A stretch of 64,000 bases of DNA, from contig JBQTGT010000060.1 of assembly GCA_052390615.1 (NCBI GenBank), positions 16,368-80,367 of the forward strand, given 5' to 3'. The stretch comes from Actinomycetota bacterium. GTDB lineage: Bacteria; Actinomycetota; Acidimicrobiia; IMCC26256; PALSA-610. Shown piece after piece: positions 29,943 to 39,195 of this stretch. The notes beneath the pieces are model-generated. The model saw only the letters and a list, made by a program, of their open reading frames with translations. It did not search any database and was not told the DNA's origin. The position numbers and the translations under genes are program-made. How positions within the stretch are numbered: position 1 is the stretch's first letter; each line of letters opens with the position of its first letter.

Positions 29943-29952
29943 AGCCTAAGGT
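29943..29952. promoter_or_regulatory. Overlapping bidirectional -10 hexamers (TAGGCT on -, TAAGGT on +)
   Basis: AGCCTAAGGT between divergent starts 23 bp apart. Confidence 0.65.
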
Positions 29953-29958
29953 GCCGCC

Positions 29959-30396
29959 GTGCGCGCGTTGGTACAACGGGTCACCGAGGCGCGGGTCACC
30001 GTGTATGACCAGCTCGTCGGCGAGATCGGACCCGGCTTGTGCGTGCTCCTCGGCGTCACCCACACCGACTCCATGGTGATCGCGGGCAAGCTGGCCGAGA
30101 AGGTCGCGTCGTTGCGCGTGTTCGACGACGACGCCGGTGTCATGAACCGTTCGCTGCTCGACACCGGCGGCGGCGCGCTCGTCGTGAGCCAGTTCACGCT
30201 CTACGCCGACACGAAACGCGGTCGGCGGCCGGGCTGGTCGGCCGCGGCGCCGCCCGACCAGGCCGAGCCGCTCGTCGACGTGTTCGTCGCGGCGCTCGCA
30301 GAGCTTGGCGTGCCGGTCGCAACCGGGCAGTTCCGCGCCGAGATGCAGGTCGCGTTGGTCAACGACGGGCCCGTCACCCTTCTGCTGGAGCTCTGA
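29959..30396 (+). CDS. dtd: D-aminoacyl-tRNA deacylase
   Basis: MRALVQRV, VSQFTL, GRRP, NDGPVT. Confidence 0.97.
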   Translation: MRALVQRVTEARVTVYDQLVGEIGPGLCVLLGVTHTDSMVIAGKLAEKVASLRVFDDDAGVMNRSLLDTGGGALVVSQFTLYADTKRGRRPGWSAAAPPDQAEPLVDVFVAALAELGVPVATGQFRAEMQVALVNDGPVTLLLEL

Positions 30397-30452
30397 GCCG
30401 CGGCTCACACCCGTGTAATTCAGTCGCTCCCGGTCGGTACGATGGGTCGGCC

Positions 30453-32777
30453 ATGGCCGATGCCGCCCCACAAGTTCCCGCCCGCCCGAAGCTGGACCTT
30501 TCGGGCCTGAACGCGGCGCAGTACGAGGCGGTCACGCTGCCGCCCGCGCCGGTGCTCGTGGTCGCGGGGGCGGGCTCCGGCAAGACCCGGGTGCTCACCC
30601 ACCGGCTCGCGTACCTCGTGCGCGAGCTCGACGTCTCGCCGTTCGAGATCCTTGCGATCACGTTCACGAACAAGGCCGCGGGGGAGATGCAAGAACGCGT
30701 CGGGCAGCTCGTCGGCGGGGTCGCGCGGCGCATGTGGGTCTCGACGTTCCACGCCGCGTGCTCGCGCATCTTGCGCCGCGAAGCGAGCCTGCTCGGCTAC
30801 CGGTCGAGCTTCACGATCTACGACACCGCCGACAGCCAGCGGCTCACGGACTGGGTGCGTCGCGACCTGAACCTCGACCCGAAGCGCTACCCGCCCCGCC
30901 AGCTCCACGCGCAGATCAGTGCGCTGAAGAACGAGCTGGTGCTGCCCGCGCAGTTCGCGGAGATGGCGGTCGGCCCCGCGGAGCGCCGACTGGCCGAGGT
31001 CTACACCGACTACCAGCGCCGGCTCGCGGAGGCGTCGGCCGTCGACTTCGACGACCTGCTTCTCCTCGTCGTGCGGCTGTTCCGCGAATATCCCGAAGCG
31101 CTTGAGCGTTACCGGCAACGGTTCCGGCACGTGCTCGTCGACGAGTTCCAGGACACGAACATCGCGCAGTTCGAGCTCGTGCACATGCTGAGCGCCGAGA
31201 ACCGCAGCGTCATGGTGGTCGGGGATGATTCTCAGTCGATCTACAAGTTCCGTGGTGCTGATTTCCGCAACCTCATGAAGTTTGAGGACGCGTTCCCCGA
31301 CGCGACCACGGTGGTGCTCGATCAGAACTACCGGTCGACCCAACGCATTCTCGACGCGGCGAACAGCGTCATCACGAACAACGCGACGAACCGCAAGAAG
31401 AACTTGTGGAGCGAGAAGGGCGAAGGCGAGCCCATCGTCCGGTTCCAGGGCGACGACGAGCACGACGAGTCGCAGTTCGTCGTGCGCGAGGTCCACCGAC
31501 TCGTCGACCACGAGCACTACCGCTACGGCGACCTCGCGGTGTTCTACCGCACGAACGTGCAAAGCCGCGTGCTCGAGGAGTCGCTCGTGCGTGCGGGCGT
31601 CCCGTATCGCGTGTTCGGCGGCGTGAAGTTCTACGACCGCAAGGAGATCAAGGACGCGCTCGCGTACCTCCGCGCACTGGTCAACCCCGACGACGAGGTG
31701 TCGTGGAAACGAATCGTCAACACGCCACGCCGCGGCGTCGGCGACACGTCGGTCAACAAGATCGACGCGTATGCGAGTGGTGCCGACATCCCGTTCGCGG
31801 CCGCGATCGAGCACGCGGCCGCGGCGGGCGTGACCGGGAAGGCGCTCGGCGGTCTCAAGGACCTGCTCGACCTGATGGCCGATGTCGCCACTGCGGGCGG
31901 GAGTGGGGTCGCGCCTGCCCTCGAAGCCGCGTTGACGGCCAGCGGCTACCTCGCCGAGCTCGAAGCCGAACGGTCGGTGGAGGCACAAGGCCGCGTCGAG
32001 AACCTCCAAGAGCTCGTCGGCTCGGCGCGAGAGTTCGACGAGCAAGTCGATCAGGGCGACTACGCGGGACTCGCCGCGATCGGCGGTGTCGGCGTCGGCG
32101 ACGACTCGGCCGCGGCACCCGAAGGACTCGCGCGCGTGCAGGCCTTCCTCGAAGCGATCTCGCTCGTCACCGATCTCGACGAAACCGACCCCGACCAGAG
32201 CTCGGTCACTCTGATGACGCTGCACTCCGCGAAGGGCCTCGAGTTCCCTGTCGTCTTCCTCGTCGGGTTGGAAGACGGAGTGTTTCCGCACGTGCGCAGC
32301 ATCGGTGACCCCGACGAGCTCGAAGAGGAACGCCGTCTGTGCTACGTCGGTATCACTCGCGCCGAGCAGCGCCTGTATCTGTGTCACGCGTGGAGTCGCA
32401 TGCTGTTCGGCACCACCGACTACCGGCCGCCGAGCCGGTTCCTCGACGAGATCCCCGCGCACCTGATGATGACGGTCGGCGAGGACGAACGGCGCGGGCG
32501 CGGGTTCGGCGCGCACCGCGAAGCGGTCGTTGCTGCGGCCGTGCGTCGGCGCGATCGCGCGGTGCCGACGCCGATGGCGCGTGATGCCGGCGGCGCGCGG
32601 GGGGCGGAACAGCTCGGCCTGCGCGTCGGCGACGACGTCCGTCACGAGAAGTACGGCGAGGGTGTGATCGTCGACATCCAAGGCACCGGCGACAAAGCCG
32701 AAGCGCGGGTGCAATTCCGCGACGGCGTCGGCGAGAAGCACCTGCTGCTCTCGTGGGCGCCGCTCGTACGCACGTAA
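30453..32777 (+). CDS. pcrA: UvrD/PcrA DNA helicase
   Basis: AGAGSGKT, TFTNKAA, VDEFQD, QNYRS, TLHSAKGLEF, EERRLCYVGITRA; C-terminal Tudor-like domain. Confidence 0.96.
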   Translation: MADAAPQVPARPKLDLSGLNAAQYEAVTLPPAPVLVVAGAGSGKTRVLTHRLAYLVRELDVSPFEILAITFTNKAAGEMQERVGQLVGGVARRMWVSTFHAACSRILRREASLLGYRSSFTIYDTADSQRLTDWVRRDLNLDPKRYPPRQLHAQISALKNELVLPAQFAEMAVGPAERRLAEVYTDYQRRLAEASAVDFDDLLLLVVRLFREYPEALERYRQRFRHVLVDEFQDTNIAQFELVHMLSAENRSVMVVGDDSQSIYKFRGADFRNLMKFEDAFPDATTVVLDQNYRSTQRILDAANSVITNNATNRKKNLWSEKGEGEPIVRFQGDDEHDESQFVVREVHRLVDHEHYRYGDLAVFYRTNVQSRVLEESLVRAGVPYRVFGGVKFYDRKEIKDALAYLRALVNPDDEVSWKRIVNTPRRGVGDTSVNKIDAYASGADIPFAAAIEHAAAAGVTGKALGGLKDLLDLMADVATAGGSGVAPALEAALTASGYLAELEAERSVEAQGRVENLQELVGSAREFDEQVDQGDYAGLAAIGGVGVGDDSAAAPEGLARVQAFLEAISLVTDLDETDPDQSSVTLMTLHSAKGLEFPVVFLVGLEDGVFPHVRSIGDPDELEEERRLCYVGITRAEQRLYLCHAWSRMLFGTTDYRPPSRFLDEIPAHLMMTVGEDERRGRGFGAHREAVVAAAVRRRDRAVPTPMARDAGGARGAEQLGLRVGDDVRHEKYGEGVIVDIQGTGDKAEARVQFRDGVGEKHLLLSWAPLVRT

Positions 32778-32839
32778 GCGTGGAGCGGTTGCGGTGTCAG
32801 GGTCTCCGGGAGAGGATCCTTCGGCCGGAGGTGCGCAAA

Positions 32840-33421
32840 ATGGCAGATCAAACCGGCGACGACCGGCGTCGGGCCGTACGGTTCGCGCTCTTCGCGGCGG
32901 CGCTGGTCGGCGCGTTCGTCGTGATCATCGTGGCCACGACCGCGGGGCGCGGTGACGACGACGACCTCGTTGCCGGACCGAGCTCGTCCACCACGAGGGT
33001 CGTCGGCGCCGATGCGACGACTCCCGCGCCGACCGCGGTAGCGCCGAGCGAAGGCGAAGAAAACGACGACACCGATGGCGAGGACGGCGCGCCCGCGACA
33101 ACCGCGCCGATCGCGACCACGACGACTGCCGTCGCGGGCCCGCGCGTCGAGTCCATTGGCGCACCGGCGACGTTCTCGTGCTCGGAGGCGCCGGTCTTCG
33201 TGGGCCCGGGGATGCTCATGCTGTCGTGGACGACGAGCGGCGCCGAATCGGTGACGGTCGCGATCGACAATCCCGACGGTCCCTATCAGACCGGTCTGCC
33301 GACGAACGGGTCGCTCGAGGTCCCGGCGCCCTGCGCGCCCGACGACAGCACTTACTACGTGATCGCGATCGCGCCCGACGGCTCGACCGCAACCGGATCC
33401 GCCTTCACGCAAGGCATCTGA
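32840..33421 (+). CDS. Hypothetical membrane-anchored protein with Thr/Asp-rich linker and small beta domain
   Basis: RRR plus hydrophobic helix, low-complexity linker, LSWTTSGA.SV.V Ig-like segment with two Cys; GGAGG RBS. Confidence 0.7.
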   Translation: MADQTGDDRRRAVRFALFAAALVGAFVVIIVATTAGRGDDDDLVAGPSSSTTRVVGADATTPAPTAVAPSEGEENDDTDGEDGAPATTAPIATTTTAVAGPRVESIGAPATFSCSEAPVFVGPGMLMLSWTTSGAESVTVAIDNPDGPYQTGLPTNGSLEVPAPCAPDDSTYYVIAIAPDGSTATGSAFTQGI

Positions 33422-33433
33422 GGGCTCGGTTCC

Positions 33434-33850
33434 CTACCGGGTCGGTCCCAAGTCGACGACAACGGTGTCGACGTCGTCGCGGGTCACGATCGACAGCGGG
33501 TATTGGTCGAGCGTCGCGACGTCGACCTCGGCGCCGTCGACGCACCGAAAGCCGTCGTCGTAGTCGAGCTGGCAGCCGTCGCGCTGGTCGAACCTGTACG
33601 CGACGAGGTCGCCTTCGTCGAGCGCGATCCACGTGTCGCAACGACCGCCGCCGGTCACGTAGAAGGGGCTGCGCTCGACATCGGCGCGGATCTGGTCGGC
33701 GTCCCCGATCGTGAGGCGACCGCACGAAGACTCGTCGCCGCTCGTGGTCATGATCAGCGCCCCCGCGATGAACAGCCCGGCGAGGAGCACGGCCACCGTG
33801 GCGCCGAGCATCACCTTCAGATCGGAACTACTGAGTCGGCGGCTCCGCAC
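33434..33850 (-). CDS. Membrane-anchored hypothetical protein, possibly ligand-less Rieske-like
   Basis: TM helix, then GC.L.Y..FRC..G...LDQYPL pattern; start uncertain. Confidence 0.55.
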   Translation of the reverse strand: MRSRRLSSSDLKVMLGATVAVLLAGLFIAGALIMTTSGDESSCGRLTIGDADQIRADVERSPFYVTGGGRCDTWIALDEGDLVAYRFDQRDGCQLDYDDGFRCVDGAEVDVATLDQYPLSIVTRDDVDTVVVDLGPTR

Positions 33851-33868
33851 CGGTGATCCCGTACCCCC

Positions 33869-34306
33869 ATGGTTGGCTATCTTCGCGAGGTGCTCCGACG
33901 CTACCGCGTCGTCATCGCCAAGCCCGGGCTCGACGGCCATGACCGCGGCGCGAAAGTGATCGCGCGGGCATTGCGCGACGCGGGGTTCGAAGTCGTCTAC
34001 ACGGGTTTGTTCCAAACGCCGGCGCAGGTCGCCGAGGCCGCGCTCCAAGAGGACGCCGACGCCGTTGGGCTGTCGTTGCTGTCGGGTGCTCACATGACAC
34101 TGATCCCCAAGATCGTCGACGAGATGCGCACCCGCGGCCTCGGAGAAGTACTCGTCTTCGCGGGCGGGATCATCCCCGACGACGACCAGACAACGCTGGC
34201 CGATCAAGGCGTCGCGGCCGTGTTCACGCCGGGCACCGCCCTGTCAACCATCGTCGGATGGCTCTCGGAAGCCCTCGACTCGCGCGAGACCGCCACCTCC
34301 ACGTAG
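33869..34306 (+). CDS. Stand-alone cobalamin-binding subunit (methylmalonyl-CoA mutase C-terminal type)
   Basis: KPGLDGHDRGAK (DxHxxG), SLLSGAH, GGIIP, FTPG; true start may be GTG 33888-region. Confidence 0.93.
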   Translation: MVGYLREVLRRYRVVIAKPGLDGHDRGAKVIARALRDAGFEVVYTGLFQTPAQVAEAALQEDADAVGLSLLSGAHMTLIPKIVDEMRTRGLGEVLVFAGGIIPDDDQTTLADQGVAAVFTPGTALSTIVGWLSEALDSRETATST

Positions 34307-34315
34307 GTTTCGGGC

Positions 34316-35458
34316 GTGGACCTCTTCGAGTACCAAGGCAAGCAGCTCTTCGCGCGCTACGGCATCCCGGTGTCGGCCGGCGAGGCCGTCACGACGGTCG
34401 ATGACGCAGTCGCGGCCGCGGCACGCGTCGGGTTCCCGGTCGTCGTCAAGGCCCAAGTACAGGTCGGCGGACGCGGGAAGGCCGGCGGTATCAAGCTCGC
34501 CAACGACGCCGACGAGGTTCGTCCGCACGCGCGCAACATCCTCGGAACGGACATCAAAGGCCACGTCGTGAAAGTGGTCTGGATCGAGCGCGCGTCCGAC
34601 ATCGCCGAGGAGTACTACGCGTCGTTCACGCTCGACCGTGGCGCCAAGATGCACCTCGGCATGCTCAGTGCGCAGGGCGGGGTCGATATCGAACAGGTCG
34701 CCGCCGAGAGCCCCGACGCGATCGCGCGCGTCCACGTCGATCCAGTCGACGGCCTGACGCTTGCGCAGTGCCGTGCATGGGTCGAGGCGGCTCGGTTGAA
34801 TCCGTCAGCGACCGACGACACCGTCGACATCTTGATGAAGCTGTACCGCGCGTACGTCGACGGCGACTGCGACCTGGTCGAGATCAACCCGCTCATCCTC
34901 ACACCCGACGGCAAGGTCCACGCACTCGACGCCAAGGTCACGCTCGACGAGAACGCGGAGTACCGCCACGCGGAATGGAACGAGTACGAGGCGACGCAGG
35001 AGCTCGACGACCGTGAGCGCCTCGCCAAGGAGAAGGGCCTGAACTACATCGGGCTCGACGGCACGGTCGGCATCATCGGCAACGGTGCCGGCCTCGTGAT
35101 GAGCACGCTCGACGTCGTGAATCAGGTCGGTGGGTCGGCCGCGAACTTCCTCGACGTCGGCGGCGGCGCGGACGCCAAAGTGCTGTCGAATGCGATCGAG
35201 GTGATCCACACCGACGAGAACGTACGGGCGATCCTCGTCAACATCTTCGGTGGCATCACGCGCTGCGACGAGGTCGCGGCCGGCATCGTCGAAGCGTTGG
35301 CACGGGTGCAGGTCTCCGCGCCGATCGTGATCCGCCTCGACGGCACCAACGCGAAAGAGGGGCGGGCGATCATCGCGCCCCACGAGTCCGACCGATTGAT
35401 CTCGCAGCCCACCATGCTCGACGCCGCCCGCACGGCCGTCGAGCTGGCCGCGCGATGA
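34316..35458 (+). CDS. sucC: Succinyl-CoA synthetase beta subunit
   Basis: DLFEYQGK, KAQVQVGGRGKAGG, EINPL, GNGAGL, ANFLDVGGGA, NIFGGITRCD. Confidence 0.98.
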   Translation: MDLFEYQGKQLFARYGIPVSAGEAVTTVDDAVAAAARVGFPVVVKAQVQVGGRGKAGGIKLANDADEVRPHARNILGTDIKGHVVKVVWIERASDIAEEYYASFTLDRGAKMHLGMLSAQGGVDIEQVAAESPDAIARVHVDPVDGLTLAQCRAWVEAARLNPSATDDTVDILMKLYRAYVDGDCDLVEINPLILTPDGKVHALDAKVTLDENAEYRHAEWNEYEATQELDDRERLAKEKGLNYIGLDGTVGIIGNGAGLVMSTLDVVNQVGGSAANFLDVGGGADAKVLSNAIEVIHTDENVRAILVNIFGGITRCDEVAAGIVEALARVQVSAPIVIRLDGTNAKEGRAIIAPHESDRLISQPTMLDAARTAVELAAR

Positions 35459-35550
35459 CACGCCACCACGCCAACCGCGCGGTGAGCGCAGCGAGCTCGC
35501 CGGAGCGGCGACGGGTACCCCGGCGCCGAGCGAGTGCGACCAGGAGATAG
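35455..35550 (+). other. Intergenic mini-ORF spacer (MIRU-like), 31 codons
   Basis: ATG overlaps sucC TGA (ATGA); TAG ends at the sucD RBS. Confidence 0.45.
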
Positions 35551-35563
35551 AGGAACCCACCCC

Positions 35564-36448
35564 ATGGCCATCTTCGTTGACCAGAACACCAAGGTCGTCT
35601 ACCAAGGACTCACGGGGAGCCAGGGCCGCTTCCACGGGATGCGCAACCGTGCCTACGGCACCAAGGTCGTCGCCGGCACCAATCCGAAGAAGGCCGGAAC
35701 CGACGTCGACGGCGTCCCGATCTTCGCCACGGTCGCCGACGCGCGCGACGCCACGGGCGCGACCGCGTCGTGCGTGTTCATTCCCGCCCCAGGGGTGAAG
35801 GACGCGGTGATCGAGGCAGCGGAAGCCGGAATCGAGCTCGTCGTCGTGATCACCGAAGGCGTGCCCGCGCACGACGAAGCCTTCTTCTACAACGACCTGA
35901 AGCGCCGCTTCCCGAACACGCAGCTGCTCGGGCCGAACTGTCCGGGCCTGATCTCGCCCGGCAAGTGCAACATCGGGATCACGCCTGGCGAGATCGCGCT
36001 TCCGGGAGGTCCGGTCGGCATCGTGTCGCGATCGGGCACGCTCACCTACCAAGCGTTGCACGAGATGTCGCGACAGGGGATCGGGCAGACGACGTGTGTC
36101 GGGATCGGCGGTGACCCGGTGCCCGGGACGACCTTCATCGACTGCCTCGCACGATTCGAAGCCGACCCTGAGACGAACGCCGTCATCATGATCGGCGAGA
36201 TCGGCGGGTCGGCCGAAGAAGAGGCGGCCGAGTTCATCAAGATCCAAATGTCGAAGCCGGTGGTCGCGTACATCGCGGGTGTCACCGCACCTCCCGGCAA
36301 GAAGATGGGTCACGCCGGCGCGATCATCTCCGGTTCCAAGGGCACGGCCGCGGCCAAGATCGACGCGCTGCAAGACGCCGGCTGCAAGGTCGCGCCGAAC
36401 CCGACCGAGATCGGCGCGCTGATGGCGGCGGTGGTCCAGAACCTCTAG
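35564..36448 (+). CDS. sucD: Succinyl-CoA synthetase alpha subunit
   Basis: QGLTG..G.FH, GPNCPG, SRSGTLTY, GIGGDP, MGHAGA. Confidence 0.98.
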   Translation: MAIFVDQNTKVVYQGLTGSQGRFHGMRNRAYGTKVVAGTNPKKAGTDVDGVPIFATVADARDATGATASCVFIPAPGVKDAVIEAAEAGIELVVVITEGVPAHDEAFFYNDLKRRFPNTQLLGPNCPGLISPGKCNIGITPGEIALPGGPVGIVSRSGTLTYQALHEMSRQGIGQTTCVGIGGDPVPGTTFIDCLARFEADPETNAVIMIGEIGGSAEEEAAEFIKIQMSKPVVAYIAGVTAPPGKKMGHAGAIISGSKGTAAAKIDALQDAGCKVAPNPTEIGALMAAVVQNL

Positions 36449-36451
36449 CGG

Positions 36452-37963
36452 TCAGTCCGGCGGCAGACCGCTCGGCGGCGGTTCGTCCGCCGGCGCGGGC
36501 GCGGGCGACCAGGTCGTCGGTGGCGTCGGTTCGGTCGGTGGCCAGGCCGGTGTCGGCACCGTCGGCGGCGCGGGTGTCGACGGGAATCCGGCGCCGGGCG
36601 CGTCCGGCGGCGGCCACCCGCCCGAGTTGACGGCGGGACCCGCCCCACTCGCGCGCGGCGGGAGTTCCTTCAGCCAGTTTGCGATGAGCAACGCCAGCGC
36701 GACGACCGCGAGTCCGAACACGATGACGACCAGCCCGGGGACGAAGAGGTCGCCGTCGCCGGCTTCGTCGTTGCTGTCGGTCGTCGCGTCGACGGCAATG
36801 ATGAGCGCGCCGAGGGACGCGAGCGCGCCACCGGTCCACGTCGAGAAGCGCCGGTCGCCGGAAAACCCGATGACGCCGAGCACAAGTCCGGCCAACATCG
36901 TAATCAGCCCGCCGACGACCGCGGTCCCGGACGCGTCGCCAAGACCCTCGCACGCCGTCACGAGCGCAACGGTGCCGGGAAGCACGAACGCGGTGCCGAG
37001 TCGGGCCGCCCCACGCGTGTGGAGCACGCGGACGAGACCGAGGTAGCCCACCGCGAAAAGCAACGACACGATGCCGATCTCGGCCGCCTTGTCGTCAGTG
37101 CCGGAACCGAACACCAGTGGATCGGTGAATTCGTCGGTGAACTCGTCGTCATCGAAGTCCGGTTCGAAGTTCTCGAAGTCGTCCTCGTCGAAGCTGAAGT
37201 CCGCGCACACGCCGAAGTCGGCGCTGCGCTCGCGGCCGCCGCAGTCCTGCGCGAACTCCTCGAAGTCGCTGCCGATGTCCGACTCGTTGTACAGCTCCTG
37301 GCACGCGTCGTCGTCACCGTCGGCGCAATCCTGCGCCACTGGATACAGCGGGTCGGAGGAGTCGAGGTCGTCGAGCGTGACCTGGTCGACACGGGCGCCC
37401 GGAAGGGCCGGCGCGCGGCCACCGCCACCTCCGATGGCGTCGAAGAGCTCGCCGGGGGCATACGCAGGTGAGGGGATCGGTGCGGCGCTGAATGCGTTTT
37501 CGGCGTCGACCACCTCGGCCAAGATCCAGAAGTAAAACAGCAGCGCCGCCAGCGCAATGAAGATCGGGCGGCCCTGCGTCGTCGGCGCGAAATAGAACAC
37601 CAGCCAGCCGGCGATCGTCAGCACGAGGAAGAGCCGGATGTCGGCGAATGAGTCGACCTTCGGGAAGATGAGCAGCCCGAAGCCGGTGAAGATCGAAACC
37701 GTGATCACCGCGGTGCACGCTGCTTGCGCGGGTCGGGAGACGAAACCGGTGAGCACGAACGCCACGAGCGCGAGTACGAAGAACATCACCGCGCCCGGGA
37801 TGCCGTTGAAGCCGCCGTCGTCCTCGACACCGACCTCGGCGGCGAGGAAGCCGACGCCAACCGCGACGACGAGCCCGCCGCCGGCCGCGACCGCGTCGCT
37901 CAGCGACGGTCGTGGCCGGTCGCCGTCGAGGAGTCGTGCGTACGCGGGCGTGGATGCTTCCAT
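36452..37963 (-). CDS. Polytopic membrane protein with Cys-rich acidic loop and Pro-rich tail
   Basis: About 10 hydrophobic helices; central CADGDDDAC..LY...FEEFAQDCGGR motif. Confidence 0.75.
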   Translation of the reverse strand: MEASTPAYARLLDGDRPRPSLSDAVAAGGGLVVAVGVGFLAAEVGVEDDGGFNGIPGAVMFFVLALVAFVLTGFVSRPAQAACTAVITVSIFTGFGLLIFPKVDSFADIRLFLVLTIAGWLVFYFAPTTQGRPIFIALAALLFYFWILAEVVDAENAFSAAPIPSPAYAPGELFDAIGGGGGRAPALPGARVDQVTLDDLDSSDPLYPVAQDCADGDDDACQELYNESDIGSDFEEFAQDCGGRERSADFGVCADFSFDEDDFENFEPDFDDDEFTDEFTDPLVFGSGTDDKAAEIGIVSLLFAVGYLGLVRVLHTRGAARLGTAFVLPGTVALVTACEGLGDASGTAVVGGLITMLAGLVLGVIGFSGDRRFSTWTGGALASLGALIIAVDATTDSNDEAGDGDLFVPGLVVIVFGLAVVALALLIANWLKELPPRASGAGPAVNSGGWPPPDAPGAGFPSTPAPPTVPTPAWPPTEPTPPTTWSPAPAPADEPPPSGLPPD

Positions 37964-37987
37964 GGCGTGCTCCCCGGGTCAGTCACA

Positions 37988-38029
37988 GCAAAAGGCCCCG
38001 ACCCGTTGTGTCGGGCGGGGGCCTTTTGC
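37988..38029. terminator. Intrinsic terminator (bidirectional-looking)
   Basis: GCAAAAGGCCCC...GGGGCCTTTTGC stem with A/T flanks, downstream of the 38050-38481 gene. Confidence 0.75.
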
Positions 38030-38049
38030 GCTCAGCAAATTGTCCTGGC

Positions 38050-38481
38050 TCAGAGCGCCGCGGTGCCCTCAGCTTCCTTCGTCTTGAGGAAGCCGCCGAC
38101 TGCGAGTCCGATCGTGCAGATGAATCCTACGTAGAAGCCGAATCCGGTGTGGCTGTTCTCGTTGAGGAACTTGATCAGGACGAACACGAATGTGGCGATC
38201 CCGAGGATCAGGTGCACCTGCGGCCAGGAGAGGCTCCCGACCTTGTCCGGGAGCTGCGCGGCGCCGAGGCGCGTCACCAGGATCTGCGCCGCCATCGCGA
38301 GGCCGATGAGGACGGCCAGAATCGAGAACAGGCCGCCCGGGCTCTCCCAGCCATTGCGCGTGACGCTGCCGAAGGGCCCGAGATCGACGTCGTACCACGG
38401 CAAGAAGCTGTCGATCAGCAGGACCGCGGCGGCTGCGACGATCACCTTCTCGGCGGTGGTGAGTTCCTTCAGTTTGTCCAC
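38050..38481 (-). CDS. Small 4-TM membrane protein
   Basis: SFLPWY...NGW motif, four hydrophobic segments; GGAGG RBS. Confidence 0.8.
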   Translation of the reverse strand: MDKLKELTTAEKVIVAAAAVLLIDSFLPWYDVDLGPFGSVTRNGWESPGGLFSILAVLIGLAMAAQILVTRLGAAQLPDKVGSLSWPQVHLILGIATFVFVLIKFLNENSHTGFGFYVGFICTIGLAVGGFLKTKEAEGTAAL

Positions 38482-38643
38482 GATCCCTCCGGCTGTATCT
38501 GAAGCCGAACCGGCCCCTTGACAGCCAAGCTGAACATGTCGGGCGGGCCATTACAAGGATCTCGCGCTCGGCGTACCGCGCTGAGCGCAGGAACGGACCG
38601 TCCGGCGCGACAAATCGCAGGTCGACCCACTACCGTCGGTCTC

Positions 38644-39195
38644 ATGCGGGTCGGAGTGCTTGCGTCGGGGCGGGGCACAATCCTGCGCGCCCTGGCCGAC
38701 CGGGGTCTCCCGCTCGCGGTCGTGGTGGTCGACCGCCGTTGCGACGCGATCGGCGTCGCGACCCAGGTCGGCGTGCCCGTAGAGCTCGTCGAGCGCCGAG
38801 AGTTCAGCCCGGAATTCGATCGGGAGTCCTACACCCACGACGTGATCGACGCCCTCGCGCGCCACCGGGTCGACCTCGTCGCGATCGCGGGATTCGGGAC
38901 GATCCTGTCGAAACCGTTCGTCGACGCTTTCGGTGGACGGGCCGTCAACACGCACCCGTCGCTGCTGCCGGCGTTCAAGGGCTGGCATGCTGTGCGCGAC
39001 GCAATCGAGCACGGCGTGCAGGTCACCGGTTGCACCGTGCACCTGGTGACCGCCGCCGTCGACGACGGGCCGATCCTCGCGCAGGAATCGGTGCCGGTCG
39101 GTCCGGGCGACACCGAGGAAACACTGCACGAACGGATCAAGGAGGTCGAGCGCCGGCTGTACCCCGACGTCATCGAGAGGCTCGCGTCGGCGTGA
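38644..39195 (+). CDS. purN: Phosphoribosylglycinamide formyltransferase
   Basis: VLASGRG, NTHPSLLPAF.G, TGCTVH.V...VDDGPI. Confidence 0.96.
   Translation: MRVGVLASGRGTILRALADRGLPLAVVVVDRRCDAIGVATQVGVPVELVERREFSPEFDRESYTHDVIDALARHRVDLVAIAGFGTILSKPFVDAFGGRAVNTHPSLLPAFKGWHAVRDAIEHGVQVTGCTVHLVTAAVDDGPILAQESVPVGPGDTEETLHERIKEVERRLYPDVIERLASA

Noticed and set aside
38482-38643. ZMP/ZTP (pfl) or purine riboswitch upstream of purN-purH
   Set aside because: No recognisable conserved motif, and purN looks leaderless (TACCGT 7 nt before ATG); an Rfam scan would settle it
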